Shown one piece after another: positions 27,766-40,183 of a stretch of 64,000 bases of DNA. A program made the translations under genes and the position numbers. The notes beneath the pieces were generated by a model. That model made no database searches. It was not told where the DNA came from and saw only the letters and a list, made by a program, of their open reading frames with translations. Numbering within the stretch: position 1 is the first letter of the stretch; the number at the start of each line of letters is the position of its first letter. The stretch spans positions 296 through 64,295 of the forward strand of contig CAZWRS010000002.1 in the NCBI GenBank assembly GCA_964636435.1, read 5' to 3'. This DNA is from an uncultured Candidatus Saccharibacteria bacterium. Lineage in GTDB: Bacteria > Patescibacteriota > Saccharimonadia > Saccharimonadales > JAGQNK01.

Positions 27766-29211
27766 ATGAACTACTACATCACCACTTCTATTCCCTATGT
27801 AAATGCTGAGCCGCATATTGGATTTGCGCTGGAGCTGATCATGGCGGACGTGCTGGCGCGGAATGCCCGGGCGCGGGGCCACAAAGTAATCTTTAGTACT
27901 GGTACCGATGAGCATGGCGGCAAGATTGCTGAAAAGGCCGAAGCCAGCAACCAAACGCCCAAGCAGTTTGCGGATACTATCAGCCAGCAGTTCCGGGACT
28001 TGGCCAAGTCGCTTAATGTCAGTAATGACCGTTTTATCCGGACGACGGATCCCGGACACGAACAACGGGCACAGCTGATTTGGCAAGCTCTGGAGAAAGA
28101 CATCTATAAAGGCAACTACAGTGGGCTGTATTGCACCGGTTGCGAGGCATTCGTAACCGAAGCGGTCGCTAAAGAAAACAACGGCATCTGCCCGATCCAT
28201 AACAAGCCGTACGAGACGATTGAGGAAGAGAATTACTTTTTCCGGCTGAGCGCTTACGCCGACAAAATCAAGCAGGCAATTACCGACGGCAGTTTCCGCA
28301 TCATTCCAGCTACCCGCAAGCGTGAGATTCTGAACGTTATCAATGATGGTCTGGATGATATCAGTATCAGCCGACCGAAGGAGCAGATTGCGTGGGGTAT
28401 TCCGGTGCCGGGTGACAAGACGCAGGTCATGTACGTGTGGTTTGAGGCGCTGATGAACTACCTGACGGTACTCGGCTACCCTGAGCACGAGGACTTCAAG
28501 AAGTTCTGGCCGGCCAATGTGCAAGTCATCGGCAAAGACATTATCCGTTTCCACGCGGCAATTTGGCCTGGCATGTTGCTGGCGCTCGGCTTGCCGCTAC
28601 CGAAAGTTCTCTATGTCCATGGCTTCATCAATGCCGAGGGCGGCGTCAAGATGAGCAAATCACTTGGTAATGTCGTGCTGCCAAAGGACGTACTGGCTGA
28701 ATACAGTGCGGACGTGCTGCGCTACTACTTGCTCCGGCACATACCGTCGTACGAAGACGGCGAGTTTAGCTGGGGCCGCCTGCGCGAAGCATATAACGCT
28801 GAGCTAGCCAATGAGCTTGGCAACACCGTGCAGCGAACTGCCGCAATGATCAAGTCCTACCAGAACGGCCTGGTGGGCAATACGCCACCGGCAACCCATG
28901 ACATTGCGCCGTACATCGAGGCGTTGGATACGTGTCGGTTCGATCGGGCACTCGATGAGGTCTGGGATCTGATTCGCGGCCTGAACAGGTATATTGACGA
29001 GCAGAAGCCGTGGGAAATCAATAAACGGGGCGACAAAGGCCACTTGCAAGAGGTGCTGGCCTACCAGGTCAGCTGCCTGCTGCAGATCGCCGAGCTTTTG
29101 CAGCCATTCATGCCGGAGACAGCGCTCAAAATTCGCCACGTGTTTGAAGGTGGCGTCATCCAACCGCTCGAGGGTACACTGTTTCCGCGCAAAGATGCTC
29201 CCGCAGCGTAA
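27766..29211 (+). CDS. metG: Methionyl-tRNA synthetase (short form)
   Basis: YYITTSIPYVNAEPHIGF (HIGH region) and KMSKS motif. Confidence 0.9.
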   Translation: MNYYITTSIPYVNAEPHIGFALELIMADVLARNARARGHKVIFSTGTDEHGGKIAEKAEASNQTPKQFADTISQQFRDLAKSLNVSNDRFIRTTDPGHEQRAQLIWQALEKDIYKGNYSGLYCTGCEAFVTEAVAKENNGICPIHNKPYETIEEENYFFRLSAYADKIKQAITDGSFRIIPATRKREILNVINDGLDDISISRPKEQIAWGIPVPGDKTQVMYVWFEALMNYLTVLGYPEHEDFKKFWPANVQVIGKDIIRFHAAIWPGMLLALGLPLPKVLYVHGFINAEGGVKMSKSLGNVVLPKDVLAEYSADVLRYYLLRHIPSYEDGEFSWGRLREAYNAELANELGNTVQRTAAMIKSYQNGLVGNTPPATHDIAPYIEALDTCRFDRALDEVWDLIRGLNRYIDEQKPWEINKRGDKGHLQEVLAYQVSCLLQIAELLQPFMPETALKIRHVFEGGVIQPLEGTLFPRKDAPAA

Positions 29212-29221
29212 GGAGCTATGT

Positions 29222-29989
29222 ATGGAATTCGTTGACACCCACTGCCACATACACTTTCCGGATTACGGCTGTGATCCAGACGAGGCGCGGGAAGCTGCCG
29301 CCGCGCAGGGTGTGACCCGGCTCATGTGCGTTGGCTGCACGCTGGACGATAGTAAATCGGCCGTCGCCTACGCTGCACGGCATGACGGGGTCTGGGCAAG
29401 TATTGGCCTGCACCCGCACGAAGCCGACAGGTATGCGCACGACCATAAAGCCTTGCAGCAGCTGCGCGATTTGGCGAGCAGGCCGAAGGTGGTTGCTGTC
29501 GGAGAGATTGGCTTGGATTACTACTATGAACATTCCCGTCGTGACAACCAGCAGAAGCTGCTGCGTTTTCAGCTAGACCTCGCCAAGGAGCATGGTTTGC
29601 CGGTGATTTTCCATATCCGCGATGCGTTTGAAGACGTGTGGCCGATTGTTGATGACTACCCTGACCTTCGCGGCGTGGTGCACAGCTTTACAGCTACCGA
29701 AAAAGAGCTGGCGCAAGCACTGGAGCGCGGGCTGTATATTGGCCTGAACGGTATCATGACATTCACGAAAGATGAGCGCCAGCTTCAGGCGGCCAAAAAA
29801 GTGCCGCTTGACCGGCTACTTCTGGAGACTGATGCACCGTTCTTGACCCCTGTTCCGTTTCGTGGTAAAGTGTGCGAGCCAGGGCATGTCGTGTTGACGG
29901 CCAAGTTCTTGAGCGATTTACGAGGGGAGTCGTTGGAAGGCTTAGCGGCAGCAACTACGCAGAATGCCCGCGATTTATTTGATATTTAG
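29222..29989 (+). CDS. TatD family metal-dependent DNase/hydrolase
   Basis: MEFVDTHCHIHF N-terminus after an AGGAG RBS. LETDAPF motif. Confidence 0.85.
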   Translation: MEFVDTHCHIHFPDYGCDPDEAREAAAAQGVTRLMCVGCTLDDSKSAVAYAARHDGVWASIGLHPHEADRYAHDHKALQQLRDLASRPKVVAVGEIGLDYYYEHSRRDNQQKLLRFQLDLAKEHGLPVIFHIRDAFEDVWPIVDDYPDLRGVVHSFTATEKELAQALERGLYIGLNGIMTFTKDERQLQAAKKVPLDRLLLETDAPFLTPVPFRGKVCEPGHVVLTAKFLSDLRGESLEGLAAATTQNARDLFDI

Positions 29990-29996
29990 GAGAAGT

Positions 29997-30449
29997 ATGC
30001 TCGGTAACCAAGGCTCAGTCAACCAGCATGGATTTGATTCCAGGGAAGCGCTACGCGACACCAACCCAGAGATGGGTGGTGCCTTTGAGGTTGCCCGTCA
30101 GCGCCAAGCGGTTATTCAGCGAGGTGTCGAGAGCATTTACCGCTCGATAGGTGTCGTGCCACAATCCCCAGAAGTGCAGCGCCATGCTCACCTTCAGGAA
30201 ACAGGACAGTATGACCCGGTCGCTGAAGCAGAGGCGATTACCCGTCAGGCGGCAGAGCAAGAGCGGCAGGCTGCGATGGGTGTCAGTGCTCGCGAACAGT
30301 TGCAAGGCCTGCCAGATAGCAGTCCCCAGGTACCCGACGCTACGCCACACACACCGCCAGCACCAGTATCCGAAATCCAAGATCACGTCTCCTATATCAG
30401 CCAGATTGCCGATCAGCGCTATAACGGGAACCTCCCAGGGTTGAACTAG
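29997..30449 (+). CDS. Hypothetical, largely disordered Gln/Glu/Pro-rich protein
   Basis: AGGAG RBS upstream of the ATG at 29997. No recognisable family. Confidence 0.35.
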   Translation: MLGNQGSVNQHGFDSREALRDTNPEMGGAFEVARQRQAVIQRGVESIYRSIGVVPQSPEVQRHAHLQETGQYDPVAEAEAITRQAAEQERQAAMGVSAREQLQGLPDSSPQVPDATPHTPPAPVSEIQDHVSYISQIADQRYNGNLPGLN

Positions 30450-30450
30450 C

Positions 30451-30822
30451 ATGATACTCAAGAAGTTTATTGACAGCCTGTCGGCCCAGAAAGACGCGCA
30501 GCGCAAAGCTGATCTATATCGTAAGCTACTGCGCCACGAGGCCAAGATCGGGGGCGAAGTCTTTGGTCCGGTCCGTCCTGGCGGCCGCCGGGAGTTCTTT
30601 TGCCTCGACGAGCATACCTGGGTCTGGCACGAGGAGTGGATTGATCAGAACGGGCAGCACCAGTACGCGACCACCCGGTATGATGTGCGGCCAAGTGGCA
30701 TCGTCAAATCTCAGAATGGCCGCTATAGCCCGGTCACGCAGCAGGAGGCACGTAATTTACTGAATGCTGCTGAGCTGTACCGACAGCGCGTCAATACCGA
30801 GCTCTATTCTTTTGTTGTTTAA
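30451..30822 (+). CDS. Hypothetical protein (123 aa), unknown family
   Basis: Directly abuts the previous ORF. Peptide MILKKFIDSLSAQKDAQRKADLYRK...FFCLDEHTWVWHEEW. Confidence 0.4.
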   Translation: MILKKFIDSLSAQKDAQRKADLYRKLLRHEAKIGGEVFGPVRPGGRREFFCLDEHTWVWHEEWIDQNGQHQYATTRYDVRPSGIVKSQNGRYSPVTQQEARNLLNAAELYRQRVNTELYSFVV

Positions 30823-30843
30823 TTCATCGAATACGCACTACCT

Positions 30844-31989
30844 ATGAAACAGCCGATTTATATGGATCATGCGGCGGCAACGCCGATGGCACCTTCTGTC
30901 ACGGAGGCGATGCTGCCGTATTTTACGGAACAGTTCCACAACCCCTCAGCGCTCTACCTAGCTGCCAAGCGCATCTCCCGCGATGTTGCCGATGCCCGGG
31001 CCCGAGTAGCGGGACACTTTGGGGCGCGGCCGGCGGAGGTATACTTTACCGCTGGAGGTACGGAAGCGAATAACCTGGCCATTCAGGGCGTCATGCAGCA
31101 GTTCCCTGGTGCCAACGTGGTGGTGAGTGCTATTGAGCACGAATCGGTATTGAAGCCCGCACATCTTCATGATTGTCGAGAGGTGGCTGTCCAGGCCGAT
31201 GGCCGGCTTGATATGAATAGCTTGGGGCAGCAAATAGACGAGCAGACAGTGCTCGTCAGTATTATGTATGCCAATAACGAGATTGGCACCATACAGCCCC
31301 TCAAGCAGGTCGCCCAGCTGTTGCAGGAGGTGCGAAACCGTCGCAAAAACAGTGGCAACACGCTACCTTTGTATTTTCATACTGATGCCTGCCAGGCGAC
31401 GCCGTACCTCGATCTGCATGTAGCCCGCCTGGGCGTTGACATGATGACTATAAACGGCGGCAAAATGTACGGGCCAAAACAGAGCGGTGCCCTCTACGTC
31501 AGCTCATCGGTCGCACTACAGCCGCAGGTAGTCGGTGGTGGCCAGGAGCGAGGTATGCGTAGTGGTACTGAGAATGTGCCCGGTATCGTCGGCTTGGCCG
31601 CCGCGCTCGATGAGGTGCAAGCTCGGCGAGCTGAGGAGAGCGCCCGGCTAAAGGCTTTGCAACAGCTGTTTATCGAGGCGGTAGCTGCAAAACTACCGCA
31701 TGTGCAGATCCGCGGTTCGCTTAAATATCGTTTGCCAAACAACGTCCACCTCACTATACCGGGGGCGGATAATGAGCGGCTGATCATGGCGCTCGATGAA
31801 GCCGGTATCCAAGCGGCAGCTGGTTCGGCCTGCAGTGCGAGTAGTGAGGAGCCGTCGCATGTTCTTAAGGCAATCGGTATGTCAGAGACTGAGGCGCAGA
31901 GCTCGCTGCGCTTCACGATGGGCAGGCAGACGACTGAGGTACAGCAGGTACATACGGTCATAGACAGTCTTGCCCGGCTGCTCGTCTAG
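30844..31989 (+). CDS. iscS: Cysteine desulfurase (class V aminotransferase, group I IscS/NifS-like)
   Basis: PLP-fold N-region and group I C-terminal motif AAGSACSASSEEPSHVLKAIG. Confidence 0.8.
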   Translation: MKQPIYMDHAAATPMAPSVTEAMLPYFTEQFHNPSALYLAAKRISRDVADARARVAGHFGARPAEVYFTAGGTEANNLAIQGVMQQFPGANVVVSAIEHESVLKPAHLHDCREVAVQADGRLDMNSLGQQIDEQTVLVSIMYANNEIGTIQPLKQVAQLLQEVRNRRKNSGNTLPLYFHTDACQATPYLDLHVARLGVDMMTINGGKMYGPKQSGALYVSSSVALQPQVVGGGQERGMRSGTENVPGIVGLAAALDEVQARRAEESARLKALQQLFIEAVAAKLPHVQIRGSLKYRLPNNVHLTIPGADNERLIMALDEAGIQAAAGSACSASSEEPSHVLKAIGMSETEAQSSLRFTMGRQTTEVQQVHTVIDSLARLLV

Positions 31990-32018
31990 CCGTATAATGC
32001 AGGTAAGTCACTAAAGTT

Positions 32019-32123
32019 ATGAAAACAAAAATTAAGCAAAAGGTTACTTTCCCGCGCGTTCTCGCGGTTGCCTGTTTGGCGGCACTCGTATACTTGAGTA
32101 CTGTCGGGCCAGTTTATTTTTGA
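32019..32123 (+). CDS. 35-aa single-TM mini-ORF upstream of the atp promoter
   Basis: MKTKIKQKVTFPRVLAVACLAALVYLSTVGPVYF. No family recognised; it may not be expressed. Confidence 0.2.
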   Translation: MKTKIKQKVTFPRVLAVACLAALVYLSTVGPVYF

Positions 32124-32144
32124 TGCCCTGAGGGATGCACTGCT

Positions 32145-32173
32145 TTGAAATTTCAGCACACTTGCGCTATAGT
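32145..32173 (+). promoter_or_regulatory. Candidate sigma70 promoter for the atp operon (TTGAAA-17-TATAGT)
   Basis: TTGAAA at 32145-32150 and TATAGT at 32168-32173 with a 17-nt spacer, about 50 nt upstream of the atpF GTG start. Confidence 0.5.
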
Positions 32174-32223
32174 CATAGCTAAAGCTAGAAGCATAAACAT
32201 ATTAGGTGGGAGACACATAGAGC

Positions 32224-32847
32224 GTGGAAATCTGGCAACTGGCCCTCATTGTCGGCAGCTTGACAGCGAGTACTGCAGCTTTCGTGTGGATGGCGCTGCA
32301 GAACGGTGGTGGGAGTGGTCGAAAAAAGAAAAAAGGCCAGGATCCGTACACCGACATGGCAGAGAAAGAAGTCGAGCACCTCTTTAGTGAGACGTTTCGT
32401 GAAGAGCTGCGTAACCGCGGCCGCCTGCACTTCGAAAAGATCATTGGCGAAAACGCCATGTTTTTGCAGCAGGACTTGCGGCTGACGACGTCGCAGCTGA
32501 ATGAATTCCTAAAAGAAGAAGTCACCCGGAAGCTCAAGGAAGAGTTTGCTAAGTACGAAGAGTCCATCACCGATGCCAAAGACTTGGCAGTCGAGGCGAT
32601 CACCAAAACCCAGGATGCTATTGAGCAGCAGCATAAGGTTATGAGCCAGCAGCTAGCGGAAGAGTTAGCCAGCGAAAAAGCGCGCATGACGAAGCATTTC
32701 GAAGAAAATATGGCCGATATCGTGAACCATTACGTGCTGGCGGCGATCGGTGATCAAATAGATTTGACCGATCAGCTGGAGTTTATCATTTCCGGGCTAG
32801 AAGAGAACAAAAAGGCAATTATTAAAGATATCACCGAGGGGGCTTAA
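32224..32847 (+). CDS. atpF: F-type ATP synthase subunit b
   Basis: GTG start. N-terminal TM followed by a long charged helix. C-terminal VLAAIGDQIDLTDQLEFIISGL resembles the b-subunit C-terminal pattern. First gene of the operon. Confidence 0.6.
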   Translation: MEIWQLALIVGSLTASTAAFVWMALQNGGGSGRKKKKGQDPYTDMAEKEVEHLFSETFREELRNRGRLHFEKIIGENAMFLQQDLRLTTSQLNEFLKEEVTRKLKEEFAKYEESITDAKDLAVEAITKTQDAIEQQHKVMSQQLAEELASEKARMTKHFEENMADIVNHYVLAAIGDQIDLTDQLEFIISGLEENKKAIIKDITEGA

Positions 32848-32851
32848 GGGC

Positions 32852-33448
32852 GTGGCAGCTGCAAAACAGAGTGAGATTACGCTACCGATCCAGGTCACCA
32901 GCCGTGCCGAAGTGTCACGATTACTCCGCGAAATTGACCAGGTGGACGACTTCTTGCAGCAATCAGCTATCCGCAAGCCCGGCACTGCCCTGCAGCTGCC
33001 GAAAACCTCCCGGCTGTTGGACGAAATGGCTGCCAGTAATAAGCTCAACCTCCTGCTCAAGAAAGACCGCCTGCGGCTCATCAGCTTCTTGACAGCGATT
33101 AAATCTAAGGCGCCCGTACTGCACATCGGACTGGGGGTTGATCCGGCGCCAGTTTTTGTACAGAAGCTGCTGACCTGGCTGCGCAGTGAGATACATCCCG
33201 TACTGCTGCTGCATATCGGTCTGCAGCCGAGTATTGGCGCTGGTTGTACGGTTCGCGGCAACAGTGCGTACTTTGACTTAAGTCTTCGGCAGCATTTCCG
33301 TGATCAGCGCAGCCTGCTCATCGAGCAGCTGCGCGGTGAAGCGCAGGCGGCGACGGACGCAGCCGCGGCACCGGAAGCTGAAGCAACAGTTGACGGGCAG
33401 GAGCAAGCAGTACCACAGCCAGCCTCCGCAAAGGACGGCAGCGCATGA
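32852..33448 (+). CDS. atpH: F-type ATP synthase subunit delta (OSCP)
   Basis: Position between atpF and atpA; about 198 aa. C-terminal IGAGCTVRGNSAYFDLSLRQ resembles the delta C-terminus. Confidence 0.6.
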   Translation: MAAAKQSEITLPIQVTSRAEVSRLLREIDQVDDFLQQSAIRKPGTALQLPKTSRLLDEMAASNKLNLLLKKDRLRLISFLTAIKSKAPVLHIGLGVDPAPVFVQKLLTWLRSEIHPVLLLHIGLQPSIGAGCTVRGNSAYFDLSLRQHFRDQRSLLIEQLRGEAQAATDAAAAPEAEATVDGQEQAVPQPASAKDGSA

Positions 33449-34954
33449 GTAGTTCCCGTTCAAGTACTGCTGCTTCTCGCACCGGCAACAAGCACTTCGA
33501 CAAACTGGTGGCTGCTGGTAACCCAGTTGGCGAAGTTATTGCGGTTGAAAAGTTCCTGATACGCGCTACCGGACTGCAGCCGTGTGCGACGCACGCACTC
33601 GTCATGTTCGAGGACGGCAGCAAGGGCTTTGTGCATCAGATTGCTGATGATCACGTCGTGATTCTGCACTTAGGTGAAGTTCCGGTGAGCGTCGGCACGA
33701 TAGCCGTCGTGCAGCATCAGGAGCTGGTGTGTAAAGTGGGTAAGAACTTCGTTGGCCGGGTTGTGTCGGTCACTGGCGAGCCGCTTGACGGCAAGGGTCC
33801 GATTGCAGCTGATACCACCTGGCCGGTATTTAATCCTGCGCCGCCCCTGTATGAACGCAAGCTGCTCAGCGAGCAGCTAGAGAGCGGCGTGATTACCATT
33901 GATGCCCTGTTTCCAATTGTCCGTGGTCAGCGCATGGCCCTGCTTGGTGACAGTAAGTCGGGTAAAAGTACGCTTGTCACGCAGCTGACGATGAACCAGA
34001 AGAATACTGATCAGGTGGTCGTGTACGTGCTGATTGCCAAACGCCGCAGTGATGTCGAAGAGCTGATTACTCGCCTGGAAGAGTCCGGTGGCATGAAGAA
34101 AGCAGTCGTGGTGGTGGCAACGATGTTCGAATCGCTCATCATGAGTTACATAGCCCCCTATGTCGGCTGTTCGATTGCTGAGTATCTTTGGCAGAAGTGC
34201 GACCAGGACACGATTGTGATTTACGATGATTTGACCTCCCATGCACATGCCTACCGTGAGGTAGCGTTGCTGTCTGGTGTCAGCCCGGGCCGGGACTCCT
34301 ATCCGGGCGATATGTTCTACGCCCATTCGAGTCTTCTGGAGCGTGCCGGACGACTGGAGAAAAGCGGCAAGCATCTCACCAGCATTCCCCTGGTCAACGC
34401 GGCCGGCGGCGATATTACGGCTTACCTGCCGACTAATATCATGTCGATCACAGACGGCCAGTGGATACTGGACATGAACATTTTCCGTGACGGTATTAGG
34501 CCAGCGATCAATATGGGACTCAGTGTCACCCGTGCCGGCGGTGTCGGGCACAATAAGCGCCAAAAGGCACTCGCCTCCCAGACGCTTAAGCTGCTCGCCG
34601 ACTATCGGCAGGCAGCAGAGTATGCTCACTTCGGTACCGAGCTGGCTGCCGAGGCGAAGCGGGCGCTGGCGACGGGCAAAAAAATATTTGAACTGGTGAG
34701 TCAGTCACCGATGGAGACGTACTCACTCATAACGCAGCAACTGATGCTCGATATCATCCTGAACGCTGATAATCCGGATTTGGTCGACCTCGCGGCGCTT
34801 AAGCTGAAAGCGCCTGACTTGGCTGGTAAGGTCAAGAAAGACGACGATTACGCTGCTGTTCATCGGGAGCTGCTGGCCCAGGCTGTCAAGGGCGGCCAAT
34901 CGACTGCGACGCAGTCGCAAAAAGCTTCAGCGGCAGACCCGAAACCAAAGCAGG

Positions 34955-37161
<2,207 letters not shown>

Positions 37162-37168
37162 GTAGCCT

Positions 37169-37465
37169 ATGGTCGAGGAAGCGATGACCGATAGCCAGCA
37201 GCCGGAGCTCACTGTTCCCAAAGGCAAGATGCACGTCAAAGTATACGCACCGTTTAAGACATATTTTAACGGTATAGCTAACAGTATTTCGGCGGTGAAC
37301 GAAACGGGTCCGTTCGATATTCTGCCGCAGCACCACAATTTTATGACGCTGCTCAGTCCCTGCGATATTATCGTCCGGACCGATCAGGGTGACGAGAAGT
37401 TTACGATTACGCGCGGCATTATGCACGTCAAGGCAGACAGGGTCATTGTATTTCTCGATGTCTAA
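37169..37465 (+). CDS. atpC: F-type ATP synthase subunit epsilon
   Basis: 98 aa; N-terminal beta-sandwich pattern MHVKVYAPFKTYFNGIANSISAVNETGPFDILPQH. Confidence 0.7.
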   Translation: MVEEAMTDSQQPELTVPKGKMHVKVYAPFKTYFNGIANSISAVNETGPFDILPQHHNFMTLLSPCDIIVRTDQGDEKFTITRGIMHVKADRVIVFLDV

Positions 37466-37533
37466 GCGTCGTCAGGAGCAGAAGTTTGCGCGGACTCGAA
37501 AAACATGAGCTAAACTGCTAAAATAGATAGGTT

Positions 37534-38607
37534 ATGGCTAAAACTGTGTACGTCGGTTTGAGTGGCGGCGTTGATTCGTCGGTTACGGCAGCCCTGTTAA
37601 AAGAGCAGGGTTATACGGTCGTGGGCGTATACATGAAAAACTGGAGCCAGGATTTGCCAGGCATGCCCTGTCCCTGGAAGGACGACTACCAGGATGCCAA
37701 GCGGGTTGCTGTCCAGCTGGGCATCGATTTCAAAATGTATGATTTTGAGACTGAGTATCGGCAAAAAGTCGTTGATTATATGATTGATGAGTACAAAGCT
37801 GGCCGCACGCCGAATCCGGATGTCATGTGCAACCAGGAGGTGAAGTTTAAGCTGTTTTTGGAGGCTGCACTGGAAGACGGTGCTGATATGATTGCTACCG
37901 GTCACTATGCCCGCACTGAGGCTGGACGGCTGCTGGTCGCCGCCAATAAGGCCAAGGATCAGACGTACTTTCTCTATCGGGTGACGGATCGTGCGCTGGA
38001 AAAAAGCTTGATGCCGATTGGGGAGTTTGCCACCAAGGATGACGTGCGAGCTATGGCCAAGAAGCTCGGTCTGGTGACGGCGGAGAAGAAAGACAGCCAG
38101 GGCATCTGTTTTGTCGGTAAGGTCGGCATTCGGGAGTTTTTGAGCCAGTACGTCACGACCGAGCCCGGCGCAATCAAAGAGCAGAACGGTGTGACGATTG
38201 GTGAGCATGACGGTGCAATTTTTTATACCATTGGCCAACGGCATGGCCTGCAGGTCGGTGGCGGCCTGCCGTACTACGTGATTGGCAAGGACATGGCCAA
38301 GAACGAGGTGTACGTTACGACCAAACTGGACGATGAAAATCTATGGAAGCAAGATCTGCACTTAACAGATGTGCATTGGATTAATGATCAACCAGATATG
38401 GGAAGGAGCTACCAGGTGCGCACCAGATATCGGGCGCCACTCGTCGAGGGTACGCTTGAGATCGGGCCGACTGGTGAAGGCAGCGCTGTATATAACGTAC
38501 CTACGCTACATATAGCGCTTGCAGACAAAATTCGGGCCATTACCCCCGGTCAATCAGCGGTTATTTACGATGGTGACCGCGTCGTAGGCGGCGGGATTGT
38601 GGTCTAG
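37534..38607 (+). CDS. mnmA: tRNA-specific 2-thiouridylase MnmA
   Basis: PP-loop VYVGLSGGVDSSV and conserved catalytic Cys regions. Confidence 0.9.
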   Translation: MAKTVYVGLSGGVDSSVTAALLKEQGYTVVGVYMKNWSQDLPGMPCPWKDDYQDAKRVAVQLGIDFKMYDFETEYRQKVVDYMIDEYKAGRTPNPDVMCNQEVKFKLFLEAALEDGADMIATGHYARTEAGRLLVAANKAKDQTYFLYRVTDRALEKSLMPIGEFATKDDVRAMAKKLGLVTAEKKDSQGICFVGKVGIREFLSQYVTTEPGAIKEQNGVTIGEHDGAIFYTIGQRHGLQVGGGLPYYVIGKDMAKNEVYVTTKLDDENLWKQDLHLTDVHWINDQPDMGRSYQVRTRYRAPLVEGTLEIGPTGEGSAVYNVPTLHIALADKIRAITPGQSAVIYDGDRVVGGGIVV

Positions 38608-38622
38608 TCGAGCGGTAGCCAT

Positions 38623-39813
38623 GTGTATTATGCTAGAGCTATGAAAAGACGCGCTGTTATTATTTTTGGTGTCATTGGCCTGGTAGCGCTTGGTTTTGCG
38701 ATATTTGTCATTATGAGCGTGCAGCGCAGCCTGGCGCCCGCACCAGATAACGCGCCTGATGTCCAGCAGGGCCGCGGCGGGGTGCCTGATCTGCAGGAAG
38801 AAGTGGTGCTTGATGGTCTGAGTCATGTCTGGGATATTGGTTTTTTGCCGGACGGCACAGCGCTATTTACGGAGCGAGCCGGGCAAATTAGCAAGCTCGT
38901 AAACGGTCGAAAAGAAACGATTCACACCGTACCGGACGTGTACGCACGCGGCGAAAGTGGGTTACTGGGTCTCGTCATTGACCCGAAGTTTCGTGAAAAC
39001 CGGTTTGTTTATGCTTGCTACGCGACTGACGAGGACGTGCGTGTCAGCCGCTGGCGCGTAGATGAGCAGGTCAGCAGCCTGACTGGCAAGTCAGACATCG
39101 TGACCGGCATACCGGTCAATACGAGCTTCTATCCTGGCCGGCACTCCGGTTGTCGCCCGCGCTTCGGAGCTGATGGGTACCTGTGGGTTGGCACGGGCGA
39201 TGCGGCCATTGGCAAAAACCCACAGGACCCGAAGTCACTTGGCGGCAAGATACTGCGGGTGGACCGCGACGGCACGGCAGCACCCGGCAATGTTGGAGGC
39301 GAATTTGACAATCGTATCTACAGCTACGGGCATCGTAATGTGCAGGGACTGGCCATGTATGACAAGGTACGAGACGGTTCATACGGCTTCAGTGTTGAGC
39401 ATGGACCGGATAAAGATGATGAGATTAACCCGCTAAAGCCTGGCAATATGGGCTGGAATCCAGTGCCGCTGTATAACGAGCTGGTGGCAATGACGGATAC
39501 CAGCAAGTATGTCGATGCTGTTGAGCCGGTATGGCGGTCGGGAGAGTCCACAATAGCCCCATCCGGCATGACGTTCATTCGTGGTAACAGGTGGAGAGGC
39601 CTCGAGGGGCGGCTGGCGGTAGCAGTGCTCAAAAACCAGCACGTCCGGATCCTGAAGCTGGGTGAGGACAACACGGTGGAGTCCGAGGAGCTGCTCTTTA
39701 CCAATAAATACGGACGGATTCGCAGCGTCGTGATGGGTCCTGACCAGAGTTTGTACTTTACGACTGACAATGGAGAGGGTCAGGACAAACTAGTCAAAGT
39801 CAGCCCCCGGTAG
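38623..39813 (+). CDS. Soluble glucose/sorbosone dehydrogenase-like (PQQ-dependent aldose sugar dehydrogenase family) beta-propeller protein, membrane-anchored
   Basis: N-terminal TM. VWDIGFLPDG, GESGLLGLVIDP and HRNVQGL motifs typical of the YliI/SGDH family. Confidence 0.65.
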   Translation: MYYARAMKRRAVIIFGVIGLVALGFAIFVIMSVQRSLAPAPDNAPDVQQGRGGVPDLQEEVVLDGLSHVWDIGFLPDGTALFTERAGQISKLVNGRKETIHTVPDVYARGESGLLGLVIDPKFRENRFVYACYATDEDVRVSRWRVDEQVSSLTGKSDIVTGIPVNTSFYPGRHSGCRPRFGADGYLWVGTGDAAIGKNPQDPKSLGGKILRVDRDGTAAPGNVGGEFDNRIYSYGHRNVQGLAMYDKVRDGSYGFSVEHGPDKDDEINPLKPGNMGWNPVPLYNELVAMTDTSKYVDAVEPVWRSGESTIAPSGMTFIRGNRWRGLEGRLAVAVLKNQHVRILKLGEDNTVESEELLFTNKYGRIRSVVMGPDQSLYFTTDNGEGQDKLVKVSPR

Positions 39814-39894
39814 CTGGCTTAGCAGTAATAAATCCCACAGCCAGGCAGTGGCCAAACCGCCTACACTAAAGGGGCGATTAACGAGGAGGTGCGT

Positions 39895-40059
39895 ATGGCT
39901 ATGGACGACAAGCTGAAGAATGCCGGCAACGACATGAAGCAAAAAGCGGATGATGCAATGGATTCGGCCAAGGATAAGGCCCAGGATGCTAAAACTGACA
40001 TGGCCGAGAAGAAGGGTGAGCTGAAAGGTGGGGCTGAAGAGCGCCGCGACGATGGGTAG
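39895..40059 (+). CDS. Small hydrophilic stress-protein-like peptide (CsbD/YjbJ-like, 54 aa)
   Basis: GAGGAGGT RBS 5 nt upstream. Lys/Asp/Ala-rich sequence MAMDDKLKNAGNDMKQKADDAMDSAKDKAQDAKTDMAEKKGELKGG. Confidence 0.45.
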   Translation: MAMDDKLKNAGNDMKQKADDAMDSAKDKAQDAKTDMAEKKGELKGGAEERRDDG

Positions 40060-40098
40060 TGGTCGGGATCTGCAGCCCTAAAGGTGCAGGTGAAAATA

Positions 40099-40137
40099 TA
40101 GCCGCTGGTAAAATATACCGGCGGCTATTTCTGTTTG
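40099..40137 (+). terminator. Rho-independent terminator
   Basis: TAGCCGC-tggtaaaatataccg-GCGGCTA hairpin followed by TTTCTGTTTG. Confidence 0.55.
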
Positions 40138-40183
40138 TAAACTACCTGTACACGGCCATTTACCTCTGTTACAATGGGCTCCT

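Noticed and set aside
27588-27766. T-box leader upstream of metG
   Set aside because: The intergenic region is only about 180 nt, and no AATTAGGGTGGTACCGCG-like T-box core or specifier/antiterminator arrangement was visible.
30051-30545. 164-aa minus-strand ORF opposite the two hypotheticals
   Set aside because: Trp/Cys-rich, non-protein-like composition. The plus-strand ORFs have RBSs and are tightly packed between neighbours.
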